Source: the human T2T-CHM13v2.0 reference genome, Homo sapiens. From it: a stretch of 64,000 nucleotides of DNA. Positions within the stretch are counted from its first letter, which is position 1; each line of letters starts with the position of its first letter. Made by a program: the position numbers and the translations under genes. This document shows positions 1 to 16,883 of the stretch, piece after piece. The DNA lies in assembly GCF_009914755.1 (NCBI RefSeq), contig NC_060933.1. The stretch is one strand, 5' to 3'. The notes under the pieces were generated by a model. That model made no database searches. It worked only from the letters and a program-made list of their open reading frames with translations, and was not told the origin of the DNA.

Positions 1-55
1 TTTTATGAAATTAATAAATGCAACTATATTTTTTGTTTAGACTATTTACTTTAAA

Positions 56-1190
56 ATTTTTATTTTAATAGCTTGTGGGTAAAAGTAGTTTTTTGTTACA
101 TGGATGAATTGTATAGTGGTAAATTCTGAGATTTTAATGCATCCATCACCCGAGTAGACTGCACCTAATGTGTAGTTTTTTTCACTACCCCCCATCCCAC
201 TCTCCTCCCCCTTCTGAGTCTCTGAAGTCCATTATGTCACTCTGTATGCCAGCGATGTCCAATCTTTTTGGCTTCCTTCTTTTTGGAAAAAGAAGAATCG
301 TCTTGGGTTACACACTAAATACACTAATACCAACGATAGTTGATGAGCTTAAAAAAAATCGCAAAAAAACTATGTTTTAAGCAAGTTTACAGATTTGTGT
401 TGGGCAGCATTCAAAGCTGTCCTGGGCTGCATGTAGCCCATGGGCCACAGGTTCGACAAGCTTGTTGTATGTCTCTGTGTACTCATAGCTTAGCTCCCAC
501 TAATAAGTGAGAACATAACAGTTTGTGATTTTCCACTCCTGTGTTACTTCACTTAAAATAATGGCCTCCAGCTCCATTCAAGTTGCTGCAAATATTATTT
601 TGTTCCTTTTAATGGCTGAGTAGTGTATATATACCATATTTTCTTTATCCACTGATTGGTGGATGGGCACTTATGTTGGTTCCACATCTTTGCAATTGTT
701 AACTGTGATGCTATAAAAATACATATGCAAGTGGTTTTTTTTTTATATAAAGACATCTTTTCCTTTGGGTAGATAGCCAGTAGTGTAATTGCTGGATCAA
801 ATAGATCTACTTTTAGCTTTTTGAGGAATCTCCATACTGTTTTCCATAGAGGTTGCACTAATTTATATTCCCACCAGCAGGTATAAGTGTTCTCTTTTCC
901 CCACATCCATGCCAACATCTAAAAGGCCATTCTTGCAGGAGTAAGGTGGTATCTCATTGTGGTTTTAATTTGCATTTCCCTGATGATTCGTGATGTTGAG
1001 CATTTTTTCATATGCTTGGCCATTTGTACATCTTCTTTTGAGAAATATCTATCATATCCTTTGCCCACTGTTTGATGGGATTGCTTTTTTCTTGATTTGA
1101 GTTCCTTGTAGATTCTGAATACTAGTCCTTTGTCAGATGCATAGTTTGCAATATTTTCTCCCACTCTGTTGGTTGTCTGTTTATTTCTTT
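56..1190 (-). mobile_element. L1 3' fragment (L1PB-like), interrupted by MER30
   Basis: L1 3'UTR plus ORF2 C-terminal translations ([13 protein letters not shown]..., [17 protein letters not shown]). Confidence 0.85.
250..464 (+). mobile_element. MER30 (hAT-Charlie MITE)
   Basis: cagcgatgtccaatc...ttcgacaagcttg termini; 8-bp TSD ctgtatgc/ttgtatgt. Confidence 0.85.
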
Positions 1191-1375
1191 GATGTAACTA
1201 CTTGAAATGGTCAAATAGTTATTCAAAGTTAATCAAAATAGTAGCTTTTGAAAGGGCATTCCTATCCCCATTTTCTGATGTCCAGAAATTACTTTCAACC
1301 CTAATTAATTCTTTAGTACTTCAATGTGTTGTTTGTTGTTCAATACAAACTATAACATCAAATTTGTAGTGGGAG

Positions 1376-1795
<420 letters not shown>

Positions 1796-2336
1796 CTACC
1801 ATTTCTTCTTACAGGTTAGGGAGACAAACAGGACTGTTTGTAAAAGGTAGATTCAATCTTGCTGTGAATTTGTACAGAAATGAATAAATGATTATTTATT
1901 TACAGAATGGAATGCTATATGGCAGTTTAAATGAATAAACTGTACCTACATTATCTGCATACATAAATCTCAAAAGTTGAATGAATGAAGAAAGCAAGTT
2001 GCATAAAGATATCCACAATACACCATCCTTATGTAAAGTTTTAAAGCACAGCGAAATGTGAAGTAAAAGTGTTAAAACATGGCAGGAAGAATCTACACCC
2101 CACTTCTTGGGCGTGCTTGCTCCAGCGGGGAGAATAAAGAAATGGAATAGGAGAAGGATGCTTCAGCTCTAATTGAAACTTTTTCTTAAAAATATCAAAT
2201 ATAAATAAAATGTTAGCACTATAAAACCTGGGCAACAGGCACACAGTTTTTCCATGACATAAGTGTTTTATAATAAAACTTTTAAAAAACTAAAATACAA
2301 TGTTAACTAGTAAAATACTGAAAATGAAAATATTCA

Positions 2337-2838
<502 letters not shown>

Positions 2839-3148
2839 TTACTTCCTGCCTCAGGTTCTTATTTCCAAAACAGCAAAAGTAGCTCATTAAAAACTAATCA
2901 TCCTTAATCAGTCTTAAATTGCTTAGTATTTATTTCCCTCTGGAGTATTTTTTCCCCTTTATTTACATCTTTTTTTGCACTCTTCCCATTATTTGATTCT
3001 ACTGGTCTCTTTTCAGGGTATTTCTATAGAATTATTTGTGCTTTTCATTTTCTCACCCTTGGACAGAAGACAAGCAGTTCACAGAGGTTTTTAAAGTCTC
3101 CTGGACCACAATTAAAAGACTCTGCTGGATGGTATCAGCTGAAACAAT

Positions 3149-3461
3149 CTTCTTTTCTCTTTCTTTCTTTTTGAGACAGGGTCTTGCTCTGTCACCCAGG
3201 CTAGAGTGCAGTGGTGCAGTCTTGGCTCACTGCAACCTCAACCTCCCCAGGCTCAAGCGATGCTCCCACCTCAGCCTCCCTAGTAGCTGGGATTACAGGT
3301 GCTTGCCACCACATCTGGCTTTTTTTGGGTTTTTTTTTTTTTTTGTAGATATGGGGTTTCTCCATGTTGCCCAGGCTGGTCTCAAACTCCTGGGTTCAAG
3401 CAATCCTCCCACCCTGGCCTCCCAAATTGCTGGGATTACAGGAGTGAGCCACTGTGCCAAG
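3149..3461 (-). mobile_element. AluJ
   Basis: Antisense Alu; TSD gctgaaacaa on both sides. Confidence 0.9.
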
Positions 3462-6400
3462 GCTGAAACAACTTTTATAGATTAAAAATTTGCCTTTGTG
3501 CCAGATTGTGCCACTTTGGAAGAGGTTTATTCTCTAGTTTATAATTGGTTTTTGGTGTTGTTGTTGTTGTTAAGAATGCTTGTTTTTCAAAAGTAATATG
3601 AACAAATTCCCTGGCACAGAGCGAAGTCCACTGAAGGATGTCCATGCTGGCATCCCAGCTGGCAGGAGTAGCAAGGATAAAATTGGAATTAATTTAGTTA
3701 GCAGTTCAGGATATTCCTAGTCAAAGCAAAGCTATGATACAATCAGTAAAATTCTTAACTGAATTTACTAAGAATATGAGATGCCTGTGCTAGCAGAGTG
3801 CTCCCTGTAAACCAACACATCCGATACATTCCTAATTTGCTCTACTGAATGATGTTTAGAATCTTTTCTTTAAAGAATTTTATAATTCAACCAGATAAAT
3901 TTGTCCAGGTACTTTTCTGAATGTGTTGAGCCCTTATATATAGTTTTTAAGATAATTCAATCTCTTGGACTGAGTTCATTTATACCTATCAGAAGATTGA
4001 ATTTAAAAAGCAATTTGATGCGTAACATGCTTTTTGAGCCCTTTTAGAAGCTTTTGTGATCACCATTCATAAAATTTTAACTTGGATTCTTAAAAGCTTG
4101 TGTGAGAACAAAACTTTTCAAGTCCACAGTTCTCCAGTGAATTATAAATTCTGCCAAGTGTATTCTTCTATCTCAAGTAGAAGCCGGTTTAATGAAATCA
4201 GGTAACATCTCTGACACCATGATAACCTTTGCAAAACAGCTGTCAACCACGCTGCAGCCATCATAATTTTTGCTGTCATTAATAATAACAATTAAAATAG
4301 GTATCATAATACCACATAACTTTCTACTACATATCTGAAGTTCTCTGTCCACTTTTAAGATTTACAAATTGAAACAATTAAATCAGAACACAGCATAACA
4401 GGCAAACTACTTTCCAGTATATGCTTAAAGTCAGGAGAGTCCCATCCACCTATGAATCTAAGTTTCTAATTCCTCTCCTTTCACAAGTATGACTTCAAAT
4501 GTCGAAGCAGCCAAGAGCTCCCAAACTTAAGCACCATATAAACAATGCTATGCTGTTTTCCTGTGTTTTTTTTTCCTTCTAGAAGGCATCTATGCATTTA
4601 TTTTTTCTAATTTTTTAGCACTTCAGTGTCTAAAGTTCATTTCCAAAGATTCAAAAAGTCTCAGAAAATATAGAAATTGATCTCATAATTTCAGATGCAC
4701 AGATCGCCAGAGGAACAAAAAAAGTGGGAAAATTAGCTTACTTTCTTTTTGCATTATTTTTAGAGGCCTGATAAATGGTGTTGTCATAGGGCTTTAAATA
4801 GAGTTTCACTTGCCACCAAGTAAAGTCAACAATTCAGTGACAGAATGTTTAAATTCTATCCTATTCTTTGCTACAAACCATCTAGAAGGAGCAACATTCT
4901 GAGCATCGTCAGCTTATCCTGTAGCTCTATGGTTTGGGGCAGATGGTTTGGAAGCTACAATACAACCACACAGAAAGGATGTTCCCAGCAGTACATGGTT
5001 ACCGTCTAGCCTTCTGCAGTTGAATTCTTGTGCAGAAATTATTTGGAAGTGCTGCTCTGGCAACCAGTCAAGACCTAATGCTTAGTGTAATTCAATCTGG
5101 AAAGTGTTGCGTAACTCTCCACTTGAACTTGGATCTCCACACTCTGACAAACTTCAGACCAAAAGAGGAGCCATGAAGGCTGCGTGCACCTTGAAGTTCT
5201 TGGGAAGGTTATCAGTTGGCCTGCCCAAATTTTGGTATACCCAAGAACTACCTGTCTTTATGAGATTTTTTAAATTTTTCAGGAAAATTATCCTGGATCA
5301 TTTCCAGCCTAAACAGAAGATATAATCTGCAGCCATGAACTGCAATACTTGATAAATGTCCCCAGAACCACAGTCTTTCCACCCACTCAGTCCCCAGTAA
5401 TAATCTCTGACTCTTCTCATTTCCTCTTTTCAGATGAGAGAAAAGTTGCGCTTAGAGATCTTTTAGGGAGGAAGATTGATGAGTCAGGCTGGAGACCTGC
5501 CTGCCTATTTGAGACGCTACATGAGTGATGCACACAGGCAACTCTCCGGCCTACCTTTCAATTGCACAAACATCCATCCCGCCCTAACTCTATGCAATAT
5601 ATTCTGCTAGGCTATGTGCAAAGTATACACCTTCACACACACCCCCACATACCTCTTCCTCTACCAGCCCACCCACTAAGCTCACATATTCCAAAAATTT
5701 AAGATATTTACAACTCATGCTAAATGTGTCTTTTTGTTAACAACTTAGATGATAGACTCAAAAAGCATATTAATTAATTTTAGATCTAAAACCATCTTGG
5801 TGGTAAGAGAACGATGATAAAGCACTATGGAAGGTAAATGTTGAAAGGATATCTGCCACTTAAGAAGTGGTAGAGAACAGGAAGAACAATTTAGAAAAGG
5901 TGAATATTTGAGGAGAAAAGACAAACTGTTCACACATAATAGATCACTATGGGTAGCTTGGCAAAAAATTATCTTTATGAGAATTTACTATTATCAAGAA
6001 TACAGCAAAAATATTAACAATTTATAGGAATTCATCAACAAAAATAAAAACCGTAAATAAAATTCTATCATGTCACCATAAAGTATTCAGATTGTTACCA
6101 GGGATTGATATGCAGTTATGGGAACTGCTTCTAAAGAAGTAGTGTAGAGCAGCATTTCTTGAACTTCCAGAGAGTATGTCTGGACAGATGTTTTTAAAAA
6201 GTCATATTTCTTGGTCTCTGCCCGAGGGATGTTGATGCTGCTGATTGGTAGGGCCACACTTTGAGTAGCTCTGGTGTAGAACTGCTACACATCCTGAGGA
6301 CTCAAAGGCAAGACCTATGAAGAATGGTGACTCTCTTAATCTAGTCAAGAGAAAATAAGATGAAAATGTAACCTAAGAGACTGCATCAAGCAATGAACTA

Positions 6401-6464
6401 AGGACACGGATGTCCTAGCATTCATGCTATACTCCCAACTGCTAGAAATGATGGAAGAATTTTT

Positions 6465-8403
6465 TTTGACCTTTTTTTTTTTAATTATACTTCAAGTTCT
6501 AGGGTACACATGCACAACGTGCAGGTTTGTTACATAGGTATACACGTGCCATGTTGGTTTGCTGCACCCATTACCTCATCATTTACATTGGGTATTTCTC
6601 CTAATGCTATCCCTCCCCTTGCCCCCCACTCCACAACAAGCCCCAGGGTGTGATGTTCCCCACCCTGTGTCCAAGTGTTCTCATTGTTCAATTCCTACCT
6701 GTGAGTGAGAACATGTGGTGTTTGGTTTTCTGTCCTTGTGAGAGTTTGCTCAGAATGATGGTTTCCAGCTACATCCATGTCCATGCAAAGGACATGAACT
6801 CATCCTTTTTTATGGCTGCACAGCATTCCATGGTGTATTTGTGCCACATTTTCTTAATCCAGTCTATCATTGATGGACATTTAGGTTCATTCCAAGTCTT
6901 TGCTATTGTGAATAGTGCCGCAATAAACATACGTGTGCATGTATCTTTATAGAAGCATGATTTATAATCCTTTGGGTATATACCCAGTAATGGGATAGCT
7001 GGATCAAATGGTATTTCTAGTTCTAGATGCTTGAGGAATCGCCACACTGTCTTCCACAATGGTTGAACTAGTTTACACTCCCATCAACAGTGCAAAAGCA
7101 TTCCTATTTCTCCACATCCTCTCCAGCACCTGTTGTTTCCTGACTTTTTAATGATCGCCATTCTAACTGGTGTGAGATGGTATCTCATTGTGGTTTTGAT
7201 TTGCATTTCTCTCATGACCAGTGATGATGAGCATTTTTCCATGTGTCTGTTGGCTGCATAAATGTCTTGAGAGTGTCTGTTCATATTTTTTGCCCAATTT
7301 TTGATGGGGTTGTTTGTTTTCTTCTTGTAAATTTGTTTAAGTTCTTTGTAGATTCTGGATATTAGCCCTTTGTCAGATGGCTAGATTGCAAAAATTTTCT
7401 CCCATTCTGTAGGTTGCCTGTTCACTCTGATGGTAGTTTCTTTTGCTGTGCAGAAGCTCTTTAGTTTAATTAGATCCCATTTGTCTATTTTGGCTTTTGC
7501 TGCCATTGCTTTTGGTGTTTTAGTCATGAAGTCCTTGTCCATGACTAGGTCCTGAATGGTATTGCCTAGATTTTCTTCTAGGATTTTTATGGTTTTAGGT
7601 CTAACATTTAAGTCTTTAATCCATCTTGAATTAATTTTTATATAAGGTGTAAGGAAGGGATCCAGTTTCAGCTTTCTACATATGGCTAGCCAGTTTTCCC
7701 AGCACCATTTATTAAATAGGGAATCCTTTCCCCATTTCTTGCTTTTGTCAGGTTTGTCAAAGATTGGATGGCTGTAGATGTGTGGTGTTATTTCTGAGGC
7801 CTCTGTTCTGTTCCATTGGTCTATATCTCTGTTTTGGTACCAGTACCATGCTGTTTTGGTTACTACAGACTTGTAGTACAGTTTGAAGTCAGGTAGCATG
7901 ATGCCTCCAGCTTTGTTCTTTTTGCTTAGGATTGTCTTGGCAATGTGGGCTCTTTTTTGGTTCCACATGAACTTCAAAGTAGTTTTTTCCAATTCTGTGA
8001 AGAAAGTCATTGGTAGCTTGATGGGGATGGCATTGAATCTATAAATTACCTTGGGCAGTATGGCCATTTTGATGATATTGATTCTTCCTATCCATGAGCA
8101 TGGAATGTTCTTCCGTTTGTTTGTGTCTTCTTTTATTTCCTTGAGCAGTGGTTTGTAGTTCTCCTTGAAGAGGTCCTTCACATCCTTTGTAAGTTGTATT
8201 CCTAGGTATTTTATTCTCTTTGTAGCAATTGTGAGTGGGAGTTCACTCATGATTTGGCTCTCTGTTTGTCTGTTATTGGTGTATAGGAATGCTTGTGATT
8301 TTTGCACACTGATTTTGTATCCTGAGACTTTGCTGAAGTTGCTTATCAGCTTAAAGAGATTTTGGGCTGAGACAATGGGGTTTTCTAAATATACAATCAT
8401 GTC
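6465..8403 (-). mobile_element. 5'-truncated L1PA (L1PA6-8-like), 3' part of ORF2 plus 3'UTR
   Basis: ORF 7381..8526 gives [16 protein letters not shown]...[11 protein letters not shown] (L1 ORF2p); poly(A) at ~6465-6482; 18-bp TSD aatgatggaaga(a/g)ttttt at 6447-6464 and 8404-8421. Confidence 0.95.
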
Positions 8404-9207
8404 AATGATGGAAGAGTTTTTACAATTAAATATATAATACTGTAAAATGGGGGCTTTTGGTGACCCATGAATTCTGAGAAAAGCTTGATGGTAGGTAGGT
8501 GGGATCTTTTTGAAGGAAAATACCACAGCCCTAAAAGCTTGCCAAGAGAGGACTACTATAAAAGATAAGAGTTACTTTGGGGATGAATTCAAGGAACAGG
8601 GGGCAACCTGACAGCCAGCTGCCAAGGCCTTATACATTATACACTCTTTCTTCTTATCCACTGTCTTTAGGCAAGAGATAACAGAAATGTCCTGACTCCA
8701 ACAGGAAGGAGGAAGGAGGAAGGAGGCCTGGAAGGAGAAGCCAGCCCGAAATGGCTATCAACCTCCAGGAAATATGGGAGTCCTCTAAGGCCCAGAATAC
8801 AATTTACTGGCAACCTCAATCAACACTACCTCTTGATCTTCCCATAATTATTGGAGGCTACAGTAAACAGAGCACTCATCGAGAGACTAACAAGGAATCC
8901 CAAATTCCAGGAAGACCAAATTGTTCTGCAAAGTGGTTGTGCCTATTTATGTTCCCATCAGCAACCTCCTAAAGCTCACCATAACCTAATGGATGTCTAA
9001 CTGATGTTGTTAGTTTACACTTTCCTGAAAATGCACAGAAAAGCTCATAGACCAGTTTTAAATTGTGGTGAAAAACACATTAACATACAATTTACCATTT
9101 TAACCATTTTTAACTATACAGTACAGTAGTGTTAACTATATGTCCTTATATGCAACAGATCTCTAAAACTTTCATATCTTGCAAAACCAAAACTCTATAC
9201 CCATTGA

Positions 9208-9579
<372 letters not shown>

Positions 9580-11004
9580 TAGCTTCTGTTTCTACAAGTT
9601 TGACTAATTTAGATACCACACATAAGTGTAAGTAATCATGCAGTATTTGCCTTCTGTCACTAGTTTACTTCACTTTGCATAATGTCCTTAAGTTTCATCC
9701 ACACTGTAGCATATGACAGGACTTCCTTCTTTTCTAAGGTGGAATAATCTTCCAATGTGTATATATACCATATTTTCTTTATTCATTCGTCCGCTGATGG
9801 ACACATAGGTTACTTCCACCTCTTGGCTCTTGTAAATAATGCTCAATGAACATGGGTGTGCAAATATCTCTTAGAGATTTTGTTCCCAATTATTTGGAAA
9901 TATACACAAATATGGGATTGCTGGATCATTTGGTAATTCTATTTTTAATTTTTTAAGGAAACTCCATACTGTTTTCCATAGTGACTGCACTAGTTTAACA
10001 TTCCTAGCAACAGTGTACAAGGGTTCCAAGTACTCCACATCCTCATCAATATTTGTCATTTTCTCTTTCTTCTTTTGATAGTGGCCATTCTAATAGGTGT
10101 GAACTGGTATCTTATTATGGTTCTGATTATCATGTCCCTGATAACTGGTGATGTTGGGCATCTTTTCATATGCTTGTTGGTCATTTGTATATATTCTTTG
10201 GAGAAATGTCTATTCAAGTCTTTGACCTATTTTTAAACTGGATTATTTTGCTGTTGTTGAGTTGCAGGAATTCTCTGTATATTCTGGATATTAATCACTT
10301 ATCCAGATTTAAGGTTTGAAAATATTTTCTCCCATTACATAGGCTGCTTTTTAATCTGTTGATTGCTTCCTTTGTTGCACAGACACTTAAAAATTTCATG
10401 CAGTCCTATTTGTCTATTCTTGCTTTTCTTGCCTGTGCTTTTGGTGTCATATCCAAGATCATTGCGAAGTCCAATGCCATGACACTTTTCTCCTACAGTT
10501 TCAGGTCTTACGTTTAGGTCTTTCATCTATTTTGAGTTAGTTTTTATATATAATGAAAGGTAAGGGTTCAAATTTGTTTTCTCAATGTGTATATCCAGTT
10601 TTCCCAACACCAATTATTGAAGAGACAATCTTTTCCCAATCTTATAGACAGGATACCCTTGTCAAAGACCATTTGATCTTCCATGTGAAGCCTTACTTCT
10701 GGGCTCTCTATTCTGTTTTAATGGTCAATATGTCTGCCTTTATGCCAGTACCACACTGTTTTGATTACTGTGGCTTTGTAATATGCTTTGAAAAAAGGAA
10801 GTATGAGGCTTCCACCTTGTTTTTCTTTCTCAAAATTGTTTTGGTTACTTGGGGTACTTTGAGATTCTATATACATTAAAGGATTCTTTTTCTATTTCTG
10901 TAAAAAATAAAAGAAAAACCAAACGCCACTGACATTTTGATAGAAATAACACTGGAACCTGAAGATTGCTTTGGGTAGTACGGGCATTTAAAATACTAAG
11001 CATA

Positions 11005-11323
<319 letters not shown>

Positions 11324-14063
11324 CCATACCCATCTATGAACATGGGATATCTTTTTATTTATTTATGTCTTATTTAATTTCTTTTAGCAATGTATAGCTT
11401 TCACTGTGCAAATCTTTCACCTCCTTAGTTGCTTATTCCTAAATATTTTATTCTTTTTGGTGCTATTGTAAGCAGGATTGTTTTTAAACTTCCTTTTTGG
11501 GTTGTTCTTATTAATGTATAGCAATGCAACTGGTTTTGTGTGTTGATTTTGTATACTGCAACTTTGTTGAATTAGTTTATTAGTTCTAACAATTTTTTTG
11601 TGTGAAATCTTTTAGGATTATTAACATATAAAATCATGTCATCTGTGAACAGAGACAATTTTATTCCTTCCTTTCCAATTTGGATGGAAAGAATTTGGAG
11701 CATCTGTTGACCTTTATTTCTTTTTCTTGCCCAATTCCTCTGACAAGGACTTCTGATACTATATTAAATACAAGTGGTAAGAGAGGATGAAGATATTCTT
11801 GCCTTGTTCCTGATCTCAGCGGGAAAACATTCCCTTTTTCACCACTGAGTATGATGTTAGCTATGGATTTTTCAAATATGGCCTTTACTACTTTACTACA
11901 TTGAGGTCATTTCCTTCTATTCCTAATTTGTTTAAGGTTTTACCATAAGTGAGTATTGAGTTTTGTCATATGCCATTTCTGCATTAAGATGATCCATGTG
12001 GTTTTTGTTCATCATTTTATTAATGTGGTGCAATATAGTGATTTTTGTATGTTGAGCCATCCTTGTATTCAAGGAATAATTTTCATTCAGTCATGGTGTT
12101 TATACATATCTTTTTAACGTATTGTTGAATTCCCTTTTTGCTGAGAATCCTTCCATCATGATTCACGAAGGATATTAATCTGTTTTCATGTAGTTTCATT
12201 GCCTGATTTTCGTGTCAGGGTAATGCTTGCTCACAAAATGAGTTTGGAAATGTCCCCTCTTCTTCAATATTTTGGAAGACTTTAAGAAAGACTGGTGTTA
12301 ATTCTTCTTTAAATGTCTGATAGAATTCTCCAGTGAAGCCATCTGGTCCTGGTTTTTTTCTTTGTTGGAAGGTTCTGAATAACCAATTCAATCTCTTTAC
12401 TAGTTGTAGGTCTGTTCAGATGTTTTTATTTCTTCATTATTCAGTCGTGTAGGCTGTATATTTTTAGACATTTATTTATTCTAGGTTATTCAATTTGTTG
12501 GTATATAATTGTTCATAGTAGTCTCAATCTTTTTAATTTTTGTGGCATCAGTTTTAATTTCTATTCTTTATTCCTGATTTTTGCTATTAAGTCTTCTCTT
12601 TTTTTTTCTTAGTCTAAGGAATTGTCAATTTTGCTGATCTTTACAAAAACCCAACTCTTAGTTTTTTCTTCTATTCTCTATTTTATTTATTTCTGTTCTA
12701 ATCTTTATTAGTCTCTCCCTTTTAACTTTAGGTTTAGTTTGTTCTTTTTCTAGTTGCTTGAGGTGTAAAGTTAGGTTTCTGATTTGAGATCCTTCTTATT
12801 TTCTTTTTTTTTCTTCCTTCAAAAGCATGTACACTTTCTTCTTTTTTAATGTAGGCATTTACCACTATAAACTTCCTGCTTAGAACTGCTTTTGCTGCAT
12901 CCCATAGGTTGTGATATGTTGGGTTTTCATTTTCATTTGTCTCAAGTTATTGTCTGTGTTTCTTGTAATTTGTTCTTTGACTCACTGGTTGTTTAAGAGT
13001 GGGTTAATTTCCACATATTTGTGAATTTTCCAATTTTCTTTTTGTTACTGATTTCTATTCCCTTGTGGTCAGAAAAAATAGTTACTATGATTTCAGTCTT
13101 CTTAAATTTGTTAAGACTTGTTCTGTGGCCTAACATGTGGTCTTTCCTACAGAATGTTCTATATGTGCTTGAGAAGAGTGTATATTCTGCTGTTATTGGG
13201 TAGAATGTTCTCTATATGCCTATTAGGTCCAATTGGTCCACAGCATTATTCAAGTTCTATTTTTTTATTGGTCTTCAGTCTGGTTAATCAATATGTTATT
13301 AAAAGTGGGGTGGTGAAATCTATTATTATTGTGTTACTGTCTCTTTCTCCCTTCAATTCTATTGGTATCTGCTTCATATATTTGGATGCTGTGTTAAGTG
13401 CATATATTATTGTAATTGTTGTATCTCCCTGAATTGACACTCTTATTATTATATAATCTTTTTCTTTGTCTCTTTTGATAGTTTGATATAAGTATGGCTA
13501 TGCCTGCTCTATTTTGGTTGCCATTTTTCCATCTTTTCATTTTCAGCCTATGTATCTCAAGTGAGTCTCTTGTAGCTAGAATATAGTTGGATCTTGTTTT
13601 CTGATCTATTTTGCTATTCCACATCTTTTGAATGGGGTGTTTAATTCATGTTCACCTAAAGTAATTACTGATAGAGAAGGACTTACTATTGCCATTTTGT
13701 TGTTTTCCATATACCTAGTAGTTATTCTGTTCACGATTTTCTCTTATTCCCTTCCTTTGGGTTTCATTGATTTTTTTCATAGTGACATGCTTTCCTTCTC
13801 ATTTTCCATTGTACATCTCCTACAGGTATTTTCTTGTTGTTACCATGGGCATTACATTAAACATCTTAGAGTTATAACAACCTAACGAGATAACTTCAAT
13901 CACATACTAAAACTCTACTCATTTACATTTCCCTCCCCAGTTTATGTTATCAATATCACAAATTACATCCTTTTCTATTTTGTATCTATCAACACAGTTT
14001 AATAGTTATTTTTACACTTTTATCTTTTAAGTTCTATACCAGAATTAAAAAGTGATTTATGTA

Positions 14064-14274
14064 CACTCAGCCCTCTATATCTATGGGTTCTGTATCCATG
14101 GATTCAACTAAATCATGGATCAAAAATATAGTATTTGCAGGATGTAGAACCCAAAGATTGAACGTTTGTATCTGTAAGTTCCATACAGTTTACTATGGGA
14201 CTGGAGCATCTATAGATTTTGGTATGTGTGGGAAGTCCTGGAACCAATCCTCTCTGGATACTGAGGGACAACTG
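14064..14274. mobile_element. MER2-type TcMar-Tigger MITE
   Basis: cactcagccctctatatc ... gatactgagggacaactg inverted termini flanked by TA. Confidence 0.75.
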
Positions 14275-15853
14275 TACTATACAACACGGTATTATAAGAT
14301 TTTGTGTTTGTCTGTATATTTACATTTACCAGAAGGCTTTATATTTTTGCATGCTTTCATGTTGCTAATATTCTTTCATTTCAACTTGAAGGACTCCCTT
14401 TAGCAATTCTTGTAAGGCAGGTCTAATGGTGATGAACTCCTTCAGCTTTTGTTTATCTGGGAATGTCTTTTTTTCTTCATTTTTTGAAGGATGATTTAGC
14501 CCAGATGCAGTATTCTTGATTGGAAGGGTTTTTTGTTTTGTTTTGTTTCCTCCCTGGCTCTTTGAATGTATCATCCCACTCCTTTCTGGCCTGTAATATT
14601 TCTGCTGAGAAATCCACTGATAATCTTCTGGAACCTTCCTTGTACATGACAAGTCACTTTTTTCTTGCTGCTTTCAAGATTATGTCTTTAACTTCTGACA
14701 ATCCGATTTTTGTGTATGTTGTTGTAGGCCTCTTTGGGTTCATTCTTTGGAGTCTGCTGAGCTTCTGAAATTAGGATATCCAATTCCTTCCTAATATTTG
14801 GGAAGTTTTCACCATTATTTCTTCAAATAAGTTCTCTGCCCCTTTCTCTCTTATTCTAGGACTCACAAAATGTGTGTATTGTTCCATTTGATGTTGTTCC
14901 ACAAGTGTCTTAGGCTTTCTTGACTTTCCTTCATTCTTTTTTCTTTTTGTTTCTCTGACTTAATAATTTCAAATGATTTGTGTTTAAGTTTTCTGACCCT
15001 TTCTTCTGTTTGATCAAGTCTACTGCTGAACCCCTCTAGTAAGTTTTTCAATTCACTTATTGTGGTTCTTTAGCTCCAGAATATCTGTTTGGTTCTTTTC
15101 TAGTTTCCATCTCTTTGTTGATATTCTCATTTTGCTCACATATTGTTTTCCTGATTTCATTTAGTTGTTTATCTGTGTTCTCTTGTAGTGCCTTGAGATC
15201 CCTTAAGGCAATTATTTCAAATACTTAGTCAGGTAATGCATAGATCTCTGCTTCTTTAGGGTCTGTTTCTGTAGATTTATTTTCATCCCTTGATTATGCC
15301 ACGTTTCCCTGGTTTACTTTGTGTCTTGTTATTTTTGTTGTATTTTGTACATTTAAAGAAACATCTACTTCTCTCAGTCTTTATCGACTAACATGGTACA
15401 AAGGAAGGCTTTCACCAGTGGACCCGGCTAGACATTCTGGAGGTCCCTCAAACCTTTTCCAGGGATATATCTTCTCTGGGCTTATGCGTGTGATTTCCAA
15501 ATTAGAGGGCTTTACTGGTTTTTCAAGAGCTCCTAATCTTCCCCTCCCCTCTAGTGTCCGTTTGTGGTATTGCAGATTCTCCAGTGCTGCAACAAGCTGC
15601 TGAGCTCTCTTGTTCCAAACTACGCCATTTCTCTGTCAGTGCTGTGAGTCAGGCAAGACAGATACCAGTCCCTCTAGTAGGCCCCTGAGAAGCCAGAGGC
15701 TTCTCTTCCCCTCCCAAAGAACAGGTCATGAGCTAAGTGCTTCCTCCCAATTCTGTTGAGCTATGCCAGCCTCCATCGGCAGCACTGTCAATTCTCTGGT
15801 GCTACCACAAACCACTAAGCTTTCTTTTGTTCTCCATGGCCCCAAGGCATCAA

Positions 15854-16883
<1,030 letters not shown>

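Noticed and set aside
3490-6440. Possible processed pseudogene or ancient LINE in unique-looking DNA
   Set aside because: No recognisable translation, TSD or poly(A); cannot be supported without a database search
7381-8526. 381-aa ORF as a host gene
   Set aside because: It is L1 ORF2p lacking the endonuclease and most of the RT, bounded by a TSD and poly(A)
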